This document shows positions 1 to 9,610 of a DNA stretch of 64,000 nucleotides, piece after piece. The notes below the pieces were generated by a model that saw nothing but the letters and a program-made list of their open reading frames with translations, did not search any database and had not been told where the DNA came from. The translations under genes and the position numbers were made by a program. Each line of letters begins with the position of its first letter. Position 1 is the first letter of the stretch. The DNA comes from Lytechinus pictus (taxonomy: Eukaryota): assembly GCF_037042905.1 (NCBI RefSeq), contig NC_087245.1:22818001-22882000 (forward strand), given 5' to 3'.

Positions 1-204
1 CTTTCAGGCACGGTTTCCAAAATCAGACACGTTATGATGGCTTCCACCTCCCCTCACAACCATCCGTTCAACCCACTATCTTAAATACTCATGACATGTA
101 CATCTAATATCATTAATATATGGGCCATTTCTGACCAAGGTACCATGAGAATTGCGAGACACGACAAACTGGAAAGCTGCCATAGCCAAGAGGTAAATGC
201 AATT

Positions 205-301
205 CCATGACTTTTAACAAATTTTCCAAATTCCCTGACTTTTCCTTGACTTTCCATGACCACAAATTTTTCCAGGGTTTTCCATGACTGTGGGGACCCT
301 G
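205..301 (-). mobile_element. Terminal fragment of a non-autonomous DNA transposon (CAGGGT... end with subterminal CATGGAAA/CAGGGAA repeats)
   Basis: Reverse complement reads cagggtccccacagtcatggaaaaccctggaaaa...gtcatggaaagtcaaggaaaaagtcagggaa; no partner end found. Confidence 0.45.
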
Positions 302-454
302 ATATTTTTCAATTTTTCTTTGTTTTTGTACATTTTGTCTAAAGTTTAGGCCAATTTAATTAGTGAGTAGGGATCATCTTTGCTGGATTTTCCAAAAGTC
401 TGTTGTAGTAGTAATCATAAAGGTCATTGTCCACACTGTGTATTAAAACACTTT

Positions 455-767
455 GGCCCGTATTCTGAAGTCGGGTTTAACTTAAACTTAGGTTTAAAGT
501 TGTGGTTTAAGCATGGACAGCCAATTGCTACATAAATATTTCAGCTCATTTGGCTCTATAATATTTCAGCTCATTTGGCTCTCAAATCATTCATGATTGT
601 GTAGGAAGTATAAATAAATGACCGTCTTCACCATCGATGAATCAGTAAGAGCACAGTAAAAATAAGAAACATACAACTTAATACATTTTTGAAACGTTTG
701 GCTTTCCATAATTTCAGCACAGAGTTAGACCGTGGTCTAAGTTAAACCTGACTTCAGAATACTGGCC
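455..767. mobile_element. PIF/Harbinger-type MITE
   Basis: TIRs ggcccgtattctgaagtcgggtttaacttaaac / gtctaagttaaacctgacttcagaatactggcc; flanks ttt / ttc. First 11 bp are identical to the end of the Myb-bearing Harbinger at 61492. Confidence 0.75.
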
Positions 768-1336
768 TTCGTTCTTGGTTAAGATTTCAATGTGACAACA
801 TGGTCAAAGTTTATTAACCCAAAATGACATTTGACCACGATCATGTGCCGTGAAACTCGTGCAAGATGGTATCCCATTGAACTTACATCCAAGTTTTTTT
901 TAAATAGATCCTTATACTTTCAAAAATTTAGCTTTCCAAAAACTCAACCATGGTTAAGATTTCAAAGTAAAAAAAGCAGTACCTACATCGAGGATTTGCT
1001 TTTACTATGCAGGCGAAACAAAAATGACAAATCATATATCAATATAATTACTACCTATAATGGAACCTTATTCAACAGGGTGAAAAATGTATGATGGTCT
1101 GCAGTTGTGGCATAGCTAGGATCGGAGTAGGGACCACTTGACTTTCAGGTGGTGAAAAGTAGGGCAAATTTGAAAACAAAAATAATATTAAAAAACAACA
1201 ACTGAACTTGAAAGTTCAAACTGTTGAACATCCAAAGATGCCACAAAGCCAAGAAGCAGAAAGCGGTACAACTTTGAATTTGTATGTTTTTAAATAAATT
1301 AATTAATACTACTAATAATAATATTCCGCTATTATA

Positions 1337-2307
1337 TAGTGCGTCCCAGAAAAAACAAAACCGATTTTTTTTTTTCATTTTAGTTACTTTATATAGGAAT
1401 GTATAAACAAATAACATGACAAAGAGGTCCCCTACTGCCTCATAAAGAAAAAATAAGTAAATAAAAATAAAATACAATAAACTTTACGAAAACAGATGAA
1501 CAGTGCGTCCCAGAAAAACGAAACCGAGATTATGCGATGATTTATCATAATTTAATCACAAATACAATAGACAAATGACCTATCAATGTAAAGCTTCGAA
1601 TCTCCTCTTTCATCTGATACTACTTAGATTATTCCCCATTCACGCATGAGTGAGCAAAAACAATTTGAAGAAAGGATACCAAAAACTCATTTGGCGGGGG
1701 GTGTCTGAATTTCAAAAAGAAAATCACATGCCTAAAAATTCGATATCTGCTCTTTTATTTGATACCTTAATCACAGAAAATGGTCAAGAAGTAAAAAAGT
1801 TATGTTCCCTCGAAACAATGCTTGTATTTCCATAATTTCAATATTTAAATAAACGTGTTTCAGCATTTTCCCACAGAAGCTATCGCACGGTTAACACAAG
1901 ACTTAATGCATGGCTGATCGTCAACAAAACGGAGTGTCGAGTGAGTTTGAACGCTAGCCTGTACTACCTCTTCATTTTATGAAATTATTGAAATTTAAGC
2001 CTTATTTCAAATAACCAGAACTTTGTTATTTCTTGACCATTTTCTGTAACTGAGGTATCAAATTAAAGAGAAGATATTGAACTTTTTGAAATGTTTTCTT
2101 TTTGAAACCCGGATATAGCCCGCCAAATGGCTTTTTGGTATCCCCTCTTTAAATTGTTTTCCTTACTCATGCGTGAATGTGAAATTATCTAAGTAATTTC
2201 AGATGAAAGAGAAGATTCTAAGCTAGGTCATTTGTCTATTGTATTTGTGATTAAGTTATGATAAATCATCGCTAAATCTCGGTTTCGTTTTTTTCTGGGA
2301 CGTACTG
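1337..2307. mobile_element. Tc1/mariner-type non-autonomous element with long TIRs, inserted at a TA in the SINE tail
   Basis: Ends tagtgcgtcccagaaaaaac...gttttttttctgggacgtactg flanked by TA (1335-1336, 2308-2309). A second left-TIR copy starts at 1501 and pairs for ~200 bp with ~2100-2307. Confidence 0.75.
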
Positions 2308-2637
2308 TATAGCGCTTAATATACCGGAAAGATGTGTCTAAGCGCTTTACAGATGTATATCATCCCGGTCATCGGATTCATTCGGTTATTCCCACACACA
2401 ATTTATACACATCCTTCACTCCCTGGGGAGTATTCCAGTCAGTCGCCGGTGAGGCGCACACAGTACTGGACAAGCTACAATGACTTTCCCATCCTACCGG
2501 GTACCCATTTAGCACCTGGGTCGAAAGTGGCAAAGTGTGGATTAACGCCTTGCCAAAGGATGCCAGACGGCGGTGGGATTCGAACACACGACCCTCTGTT
2601 TCTAAGGCTCGAGTCAGAACCACTACACCATGGCTCC
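2308..2637 (-). mobile_element. tRNA-derived SINE with conserved central domain and L2-type 3' tail (tail resumes at ~1305-1334)
   Basis: Minus strand: A-box tggtgtagtgg, B-box gttcgaatccc, central cccaggtgctaaatgggtacc motif typical of deuterostome Deu/Nin-like SINEs, tail gtaaagcgctt...aagcgcta(ta)taatagcggaatattattattatt. Confidence 0.85.
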
Positions 2638-2699
2638 TGTACTATTGCAGTGATATGTCAAAGGCTCCGTCAGTGTAACAATGACCTAGTGGCAATTGT

Positions 2700-5600
2700 T
2701 TCAAACTTCTGCAGGTTTATGGGTGTAAAGATTTGTGTCGCCCTGCGTGTCGCCCTGCGTGGCTGACATGTGGTAGTTTAAGCTCTGATATTTCACGTGT
2801 TTTTCACCATTATATTGTGTACTTTTGGTTTTATTGCTGTATCATGCAAATTTGTTATATGCATGGATTCATTCGGCCAACTTTTGAACCATTTTTTTTT
2901 CCAATATTGGTGTGATCTTTGATATAAGATTTTTTGCATTGGTTTTGATTTGAACTACTCTGTATATGTAAGCCATTTTGTACATGTAGGCTGTGTATTG
3001 TATGTCTACTGCCTACACATATACTGTACTTGGTGCTCACCATTCATGTTCATTCAACTTTAAAGGCTATTGTATTGTTCAAGTAAGTCATTGATCCTAT
3101 AGCATTACAATGGAGCTATTGAGACTTTGGTTCATCTTTAACATTCTATTAACTGCTCAAGTCTCAACTGCAGCTGTGCCAAATCATGTACATGAACATG
3201 GATATCTTCATACTTCAGTATCCTGGATTCATTGCAAGTACTTGAAACACCGCCAGCCATATTATCAGAATTCAACGGCAACATTCCAGTTCCAGTTATT
3301 GAAGTCCGGCGACGTCAACCCCAACCCAGGACCAACAACCGAAAACGCTCCTGGAGAACATTTTGCTCGTAAGCTATCTGCGAGTACATCTTACAATGGA
3401 ACTAATGGACGAATTGTTTATGACAGAGATTTTCTTCTGCAGTGTAACCCTGCATGGAAACATTACAGTCCTGAGGTGGTTACAAATGGACTGTCGAACA
3501 TTGCTCACAAAACAACGAAGAACAGGGGCATGCTCCACGAGAATTTATGGCTTCGGATCAAAGAACTTGGTATCCAGACACGTGTTAGAGGTAAGAGAGG
3601 AGGGCATAAAAGGAATTCTGCGAACAGCTGTAGTCGAAAGAAGCGAGGAAGGAACAACACCAATCTTCAAACAGTGTCGTGTGTTGACAACAATCTTGTA
3701 AGATCTCGTTGCAACGTCTGTTTGTGGAACGCACATTCTATAAGAAATAAAACTACGTATGTTACCGAATATGTTAATGAATATAATATTGATGTTTTGT
3801 GCATTACAGAAACCTGGTTAAGTAATCAGGATAATGTATCAATAGGGGAGTGCACTCCTATAGGATACACATTCATTAACTCTCCAAGAGACGCAAGTAA
3901 ACGTGGAGGAGGGATTGGAGTACTGTATAAAAGTATGCTCAAATTAAAGATTAAGAACATAGATTTCAAGTTTGCCACATTTGAATGCGCTCATATTACC
4001 GATTTGTCAAGCTCTATCCATTTTTTCATTGTGTATAGACCACCCCCTTCTTCAGCAAATAGATTCACAAGTTCTGACTTCTTGAAGGAATTTGATGAAT
4101 ACATATGTGAGATATCACTATGTCCAGGAAAATTGGTGTTATTAGGTGATTTCAACGTCCATTGGGAAGATATGAATAAAAATGATGTGCTTCACATGAG
4201 GAACACCATTTCTTCGGCTGGGCTCATTCAGCATGTCCAAGGTCCAACACACAATCTTGGTCATACTTTAGATCTAGTTTTTACCAGAGATGACTCAGTT
4301 ATCTTACAGTGTCACACATTCGACACTTGTATTTCTGATCATTATATGATTCGTTTTTTATTGGCTCATCAGAAATCAGAGCCAGTCTCTGTTACTTCTT
4401 CCTTACGTAATTATCGCAAGATTGATAAAGCTCAATTCAGTAATGCTTTACTTGACTTAGTTTCATCTCAACCAGAAGATTTAGATAATGTGTCTCTTTT
4501 TGACTGGTATGTTTCTGGCGTCACTAAGGTACTCGATACCTGTGCACCATCTTCAACCAAGTCCCGCCCTCTGAAGCGACGTAGACCCTGGTTTAATCAG
4601 TCTGTACTTGTTGCTCGCCAGCACCGACGTAAAGCAGAACGTAAATGGCGTAAAACACGACTAGATTCAGATCGCACATTGTTCATAGAAGCTAATAGGA
4701 ATGTATGTCAAATCATTGATACCGCTAAAGAAGATTTCTTGAAAGAAAAGTTAGGTTCGTGTTCTGTCAAGGAGGTATATCAGATCATTCATTCACTTTT
4801 GAACAAGAAGTCGAATCAACTTCCCTTATACGAATCTGCAACCAGATTAGCTCATCAATTCTCTTTGTTTTTTGTCAACAAGATAAGGAGAATAAGAGCT
4901 GAACTTGATGCATGTACTGTACCTGTTAACATTCAGTTTAGTGATACTGAAAATCAAAATATTCCACTTTTCGCAGAATTTCAGGTGCTTTCTCAGTCAA
5001 ATGTATCCAGAATCATTATGTCTTCGGCTACTAAATCCTCCCGACTTGACCCGATTCCTACATGGTTTTTGAAAGAAAACATTGTTCATTTATTACCATT
5101 GCTCACAAATGTAATCAATCAATCTCTTTCTACAGGTATTTTCCCTGATCAAGCACATTCAGCAATCATCAAACCTTTTTTGAAGAAATCAGGGTTGGAC
5201 GTAAATGACATCAGTAATTATAGACCGGTCTCAAACTTAACATTTCTAGGTAAACTCATCGAGAAGGCGGCATGTACTCAACTAGCTGATCATATTGAAT
5301 CTAATAATATTTTTGATCCTCTCCAATCTGCCTATAGGCCAGGTCACAGCACCGAGTCAGCTCTGATCAAAGTAAAAAATGATATCATGTTTTCTCTCGA
5401 CTCAAATAATGTAGTTTTTATGGTGCTGTTAGATTTATCTGCCGCGTTTGATACAATAGATCATAACATTTTCATATCTCGGTTATTCAATAGAATAGGC
5501 GTTAGGTCCAAAGTCTTATCCTGGTTCCAATCATACCTGTCTGGATGGACTTCGCAAGTTGATATTGACGGCACATTGTCAAATCCCATAACTCTAGAAT

Positions 5601-6648
5601 TTGGACTCCCTCAGGGGTCAATAGTCGGACCCATAGGCTACTCAATATATACTCTTCCAGTTGGCGACATCATCCGAAATCACTGTATCAATTATCATTT
5701 TTATGCTGACGACATACAACTATACGTTTCTTTTGATCCGAAGACTCCTGGAGCTCTCAATAATGCACTGGTTAAACTCCAGAATTGTATATCAGATATA
5801 AGACAGTGGATGATAGTGAATAAGCTAAAATTAAATGACAAAAAAACTGAATTTTTTGTTGCGGCCTCTACTTATAACTTGCGCAATCTTCCAAATGTTC
5901 AACTTGATGTTGATGGTACACTCTTTAGACCATCAGAAAAAATAAGAAACCTTGGTGTCATATTTGATTCCCGCATGTCAATGTCGTACCATATCTCTCA
6001 TATCTGTAGCACAGTCACTTTTTATTTAAGGAACATTTCTAGAATCAGAAGGTTCATTGACCAGTCTGCCTGTCACAATGCTGTTCGTTCATTGGTTCTG
6101 TCTCGTATTGATTATTGCAATGGGCTCCTTTCTACAATTCCCTCTAATCAATTAATTCGTATTCAACGGCTACAAAATTGGGCAGCACGATTAATTTTAC
6201 AGGTTTCCCGAGATCATCCTTCCCAACCACTCTTTAATTCTCTTCACTGGCTTCCTTTTAAACAGAGAATTACGTTCAAATTACTCTTGATTGTCTACAA
6301 AACACTGAATAAACAGGCTCCACAGTATTTAAGTAACTGCTTGAATCTGTATACACCAACTAGAGCACTTAGGTCGGCCAGTGATCACCTTCGCCTCACA
6401 TATTCATTAACTCGTACATTAGCTGGTGACAGAACTTTTACAGTGTCGGCTTCAAAATCCTGGAACGACCTGCCACTAATAATTAGACAGTCTCCAACAT
6501 TAGCAATTTTCAAAAAGTCATTAAAAACTCATCTCTTTCGTACCTTGTAGTTTTTAAAATATTACATTTAATTAATTCATTGTAAGCGCTTTGGGCCTAA
6601 TGGGAAAAGCGCAGTACAAATAATAAGTAATAATAAAAAAAAAAAAAA
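2700..6648 (+). mobile_element. L2-clade non-LTR retrotransposon, intact ORF2 and 3' end; 5' boundary approximate; no ORF1 seen
   Basis: Intact 1146-aa ORF; 3' stem-loop tgtaagcgctttgggcctaatgggaaaagcgc followed by (taa)n/poly-A; C-terminal LHWLP...ITFK and FKKSLKTHLF motifs typical of L2. Confidence 0.9.
3110..6550 (+). CDS. LINE ORF2: APE endonuclease + reverse transcriptase, with N-terminal extension (signal-like peptide, 2A-like motif, YxxxxLL motif)
   Basis: APE motifs WNAHS, ITETW, VYRPP, GDFN, LDLV, SDH; RT motifs NYRPVSNL, LDLSAAFDTIDH, PQGS, YADD (5702-5713); LLKSGDVNPNPGP at aa 63-75. Confidence 0.95.
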   Translation: MELLRLWFIFNILLTAQVSTAAVPNHVHEHGYLHTSVSWIHCKYLKHRQPYYQNSTATFQFQLLKSGDVNPNPGPTTENAPGEHFARKLSASTSYNGTNGRIVYDRDFLLQCNPAWKHYSPEVVTNGLSNIAHKTTKNRGMLHENLWLRIKELGIQTRVRGKRGGHKRNSANSCSRKKRGRNNTNLQTVSCVDNNLVRSRCNVCLWNAHSIRNKTTYVTEYVNEYNIDVLCITETWLSNQDNVSIGECTPIGYTFINSPRDASKRGGGIGVLYKSMLKLKIKNIDFKFATFECAHITDLSSSIHFFIVYRPPPSSANRFTSSDFLKEFDEYICEISLCPGKLVLLGDFNVHWEDMNKNDVLHMRNTISSAGLIQHVQGPTHNLGHTLDLVFTRDDSVILQCHTFDTCISDHYMIRFLLAHQKSEPVSVTSSLRNYRKIDKAQFSNALLDLVSSQPEDLDNVSLFDWYVSGVTKVLDTCAPSSTKSRPLKRRRPWFNQSVLVARQHRRKAERKWRKTRLDSDRTLFIEANRNVCQIIDTAKEDFLKEKLGSCSVKEVYQIIHSLLNKKSNQLPLYESATRLAHQFSLFFVNKIRRIRAELDACTVPVNIQFSDTENQNIPLFAEFQVLSQSNVSRIIMSSATKSSRLDPIPTWFLKENIVHLLPLLTNVINQSLSTGIFPDQAHSAIIKPFLKKSGLDVNDISNYRPVSNLTFLGKLIEKAACTQLADHIESNNIFDPLQSAYRPGHSTESALIKVKNDIMFSLDSNNVVFMVLLDLSAAFDTIDHNIFISRLFNRIGVRSKVLSWFQSYLSGWTSQVDIDGTLSNPITLEFGLPQGSIVGPIGYSIYTLPVGDIIRNHCINYHFYADDIQLYVSFDPKTPGALNNALVKLQNCISDIRQWMIVNKLKLNDKKTEFFVAASTYNLRNLPNVQLDVDGTLFRPSEKIRNLGVIFDSRMSMSYHISHICSTVTFYLRNISRIRRFIDQSACHNAVRSLVLSRIDYCNGLLSTIPSNQLIRIQRLQNWAARLILQVSRDHPSQPLFNSLHWLPFKQRITFKLLLIVYKTLNKQAPQYLSNCLNLYTPTRALRSASDHLRLTYSLTRTLAGDRTFTVSASKSWNDLPLIIRQSPTLAIFKKSLKTHLFRTL

Positions 6649-6715
6649 TATATAACACAACAATGCACTCTGACTTCCTGTAATTCGGAAACCATTGCAA
6701 CAAATTTGATCTTAC

Positions 6716-8395
6716 CTTTCTGGCTAGTGCTCTACGATAGACAACTTTGACTCCTTTATGATCTCTCTTCAATGCATCTGTTCAGTCCTCAATTGCATCT
6801 TCTGGCTGGGTTGGAGGAAAGTAACAAAAAATGGAGGTTACTACTCACATGAGTAAGCACAGCTGCCAACCATAAGCCAAAAATAGCATAAGTTAAAAAA
6901 GCTCCTATACTTTTGAACAGAGAAAAGCTGAAATAAGAAATTAAGCTGATCTTAAAAACCTAAAACCTCACGATGCAGGCACCGTATGGGAAATGTGACA
7001 ACAGCATTAACAGGATAAAATCCTGATGATGGCGGAGTGAATTCAGTCACACTTCCTTTATGAACAAATGTCAATTTCTTTTGGCAGATTTCAGTGGGAA
7101 TCCCATGTAGCATCTTCAACATTTCAATCTGCCCGTTTTTACTGCATACACAAGATGATGGGTGACATTATTATTAAACACACAATATTCATTACATGGA
7201 TAAAGTGTTTTGTCCTTTTTTAATTGTTATGTGTGCGCTTTAACCCTAATTAAACTGGGGGGGGGGGGTCAATTTGATCCCACCTCAACAAATTTCGTCA
7301 CTGCATGCGCCGTCGCGCCAATTTTTATGACCACCCCGCTCGCTGCTTTTTTACTTTCAAGTCTTGCGACCAAATTTGCAACATCCAGAAACGCAGTTCC
7401 TAAATTATGCAAAATTTTGTAAATGCATGTCAGACCCGAAATTGCTCAAAAACGTGAGTCCATGTAGAAAGTAAATGCAAATTGTGTTTTTCAACCAAAA
7501 TTCATAAATGTTTGATTATTTTTACTATCGTTCGTTTATATGGATTTATTTTATCCTATTTATGATTGCACAAGGGTCCCCGACAAATTTCATCACAAAA
7601 AACAATAAAAAACAAAGGTTTGGCAAAACAAAGAAATGGATACCATGCATGCGCGACCATGGGGTCTTAAAAAGCACCCTAAACAAGTATTTTCCATATT
7701 CTGAAAATGCACCCCTTAACAAGTATTGGCGTGTGAAAGCCTACCCTTAACAAGTAGATCTAATATTGGAAACAAAACGATACCCTTGGCAAGTATTCCC
7801 TGAATTGAACCCATAAACTAGTACAGCGATATTTTAGTTATGTCACGGACGTCAGTTTTACCTTTACCTACATCATTGGGTATACGGCTCAACCTCCCAC
7901 ACCTCGCGCAAATCGGACTCTAAACACGTATGTGTTGACGGGGCAAAACGTACATTCTTTATAAAACATTTGTCTTTTGTATACCCTCACAAATTCGACC
8001 CTAAAAACGTAGCTTTCCTAGCGAAATAGATACCCCTTTTTCATCTTATTACGTTACGTACGTAACGTGCCATATCTTGAAAAAGACATCCCTTTACGTG
8101 TTTTGGGGGTCGCGCATGGTATCCACTGGTATGGTATCCACTCGTCAATGTGGAGAAGGTGAGGTACAGGAAGACTTAAGGAGAATCATGAAAATATCTT
8201 CTTCACAAGGTCATGGCTCTGAGCCTTGCTTGGATTCATGGAACTGTTCCTCTTCGGCCTTTGGTCTGTCTGTAGTAGCCCCCTTCTTTCCTGCTCCTCT
8301 CGTTGAGGGTTGCAATGGTGACGACACAGGTGATGCATGGGGTTATCAGCAGTCTTCGTGGAAGAGTAAGGCATGCCTACTTCGTTTTTTAAAAG
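6716..8395 (-). pseudogene. Degraded TPR co-chaperone gene fragment (SPAG1/TOMM34/RPAP3-like)
   Basis: Exon 6805-6716 with cag/gtaag boundaries translates PEDAIED*TDALKRDHKGVKVVYRRALARK, a TPR helix pair with TGA at the usual Cys position. The segment near 8200-8260 gives frameshifted AEEEQFHESK / KAQSHDLVKK (TPR start) with no intact donor. Confidence 0.6.
7638..8150. mobile_element. Truncated MITE, same family as 43603-43902
   Basis: ggataccatgcatgcgcgacc ... ggtcgcgcatggtatccactcgtcaatg inverted ends; internal aaatgcaccccttaacaagtatt is shared (inverted) with ~43780-43830. Confidence 0.6.
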
Positions 8396-8554
8396 ACTAG
8401 GCCTGTAGGTCGACAACTTGTTCCAAAGATAGCATGGGCTGCGAGAGAGAATTAAAAAATTAAAGAAATATTTAACTAAACAATGAATCCCAAGCAAAGG
8501 GGGAAAATAAAGATGATCAGTCAACCTATATCAGTGAGACCCATAACATAACAA

Positions 8555-9034
8555 AAACCGAAGTTATTTAAGTTTAGCGAAAGAGTTATAGCACATCATC
8601 ATGAATATTCATTAGGTGGGCTGATGTCTCATCGCTACTTCCCTTTTTTATGTTATTACATGAAATCATAAATAAAATGTTTCATTTTTCATCCATGTAT
8701 GCGTAAATGATGTGTCTCCATTATGACGAAATAAGTTGCGGCAATAAATAACTAATGCACTTAATCAGTTGACAATCCAATTGTTTTAGTTCTTGGTAGA
8801 AAAATTTCGAATAAGCCTAATTTCATGTAATAAAATACAAAAGAACAAGTGGAGATATGACATCATCAGCCCACCTAATGAATATTCATAAAGATATGCC
8901 TAGAACTGTTTCACCGTAATAATGCAAATCTTTAAAAACTTCGTTATTTGTTATCTGATTTTGACTAAATTTTCAGCATTTTGCTTTGTGAATTTTACTC
9001 TATTTCTTGAGATGTAAATGGGACCATCCCTTTA
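8555..9034. mobile_element. Kolobok-like non-autonomous element fragment (related ends at ~29659 and ~60273)
   Basis: Ends in ...ccctttaa (YY-TTAA); shares tgacatca / aaattttcagcat blocks with 29150-29659. Confidence 0.5.
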
Positions 9035-9089
9035 ATAACACTAAAACAGTAGAGGTGCAAGGCCAATAGGGGAGACTGTGTCTCCCATG

Positions 9090-9610
9090 TAAGAGATTAT
9101 CTCCAATATCAGAGACTTTTGTAATTCATCCTTGGCTCTCTTCAAATCAAAATTAAAAACATATCTCTTTAGTTAAGAAAATATGCTGTGTAGACATAAG
9201 TAAAAAGAGCTCTGAACAAGCGCAGCTGAATATATCCATATAAAAACTGCGCTATATAAATTAATGCTTTCGATGAAGTGGTTTACGGTACACCATGTGG
9301 AGTGTTGTAGAAACAGTGGATAGAAGAAAAGAAATGGAAAGGCGAGAAAGTGGAGATTTGAGAGTAGAGTATTCTTTCTTGAAAGTAGTCCTAAAAAGGA
9401 CTGTAAACCAGTATAAGATTGAAGAGTTGAGATTAGCTTGACTAGTAGAGCTAATGAGGAGATGCTGGCTTGAGTCGGCGAGTAGAGATGATGAGTACTC
9501 ATCCAAGCTGATTTTGTGGTCTGTACGCCATTGTGAACATGCAGGATTCTTTGCGGCAGTAGCGTGAAGAGTAAAAAAAAAACGATGGGCGCAGTATAGC
9601 ACATGTTCTA
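9090..9610. mobile_element. Old L2 3' remnant in two opposite-orientation pieces
   Basis: Plus strand FKSKLKTYLF plus gcgctatataaat tail (~9140-9262); minus strand LYWFTVLFRTTFK, a degenerate LHWLP..RITFK (~9270-9610). Confidence 0.6.

Noticed and set aside
2565..2637. tRNA gene
   Set aside because: A and B boxes are present, but the acceptor stem does not pair and the sequence continues into a SINE body and tail.
6782..6784. Selenocysteine TGA in the TPR exon
   Set aside because: Adjacent exons are frameshifted and lack splice sites, and no SECIS was identified; pseudogenisation is simpler.
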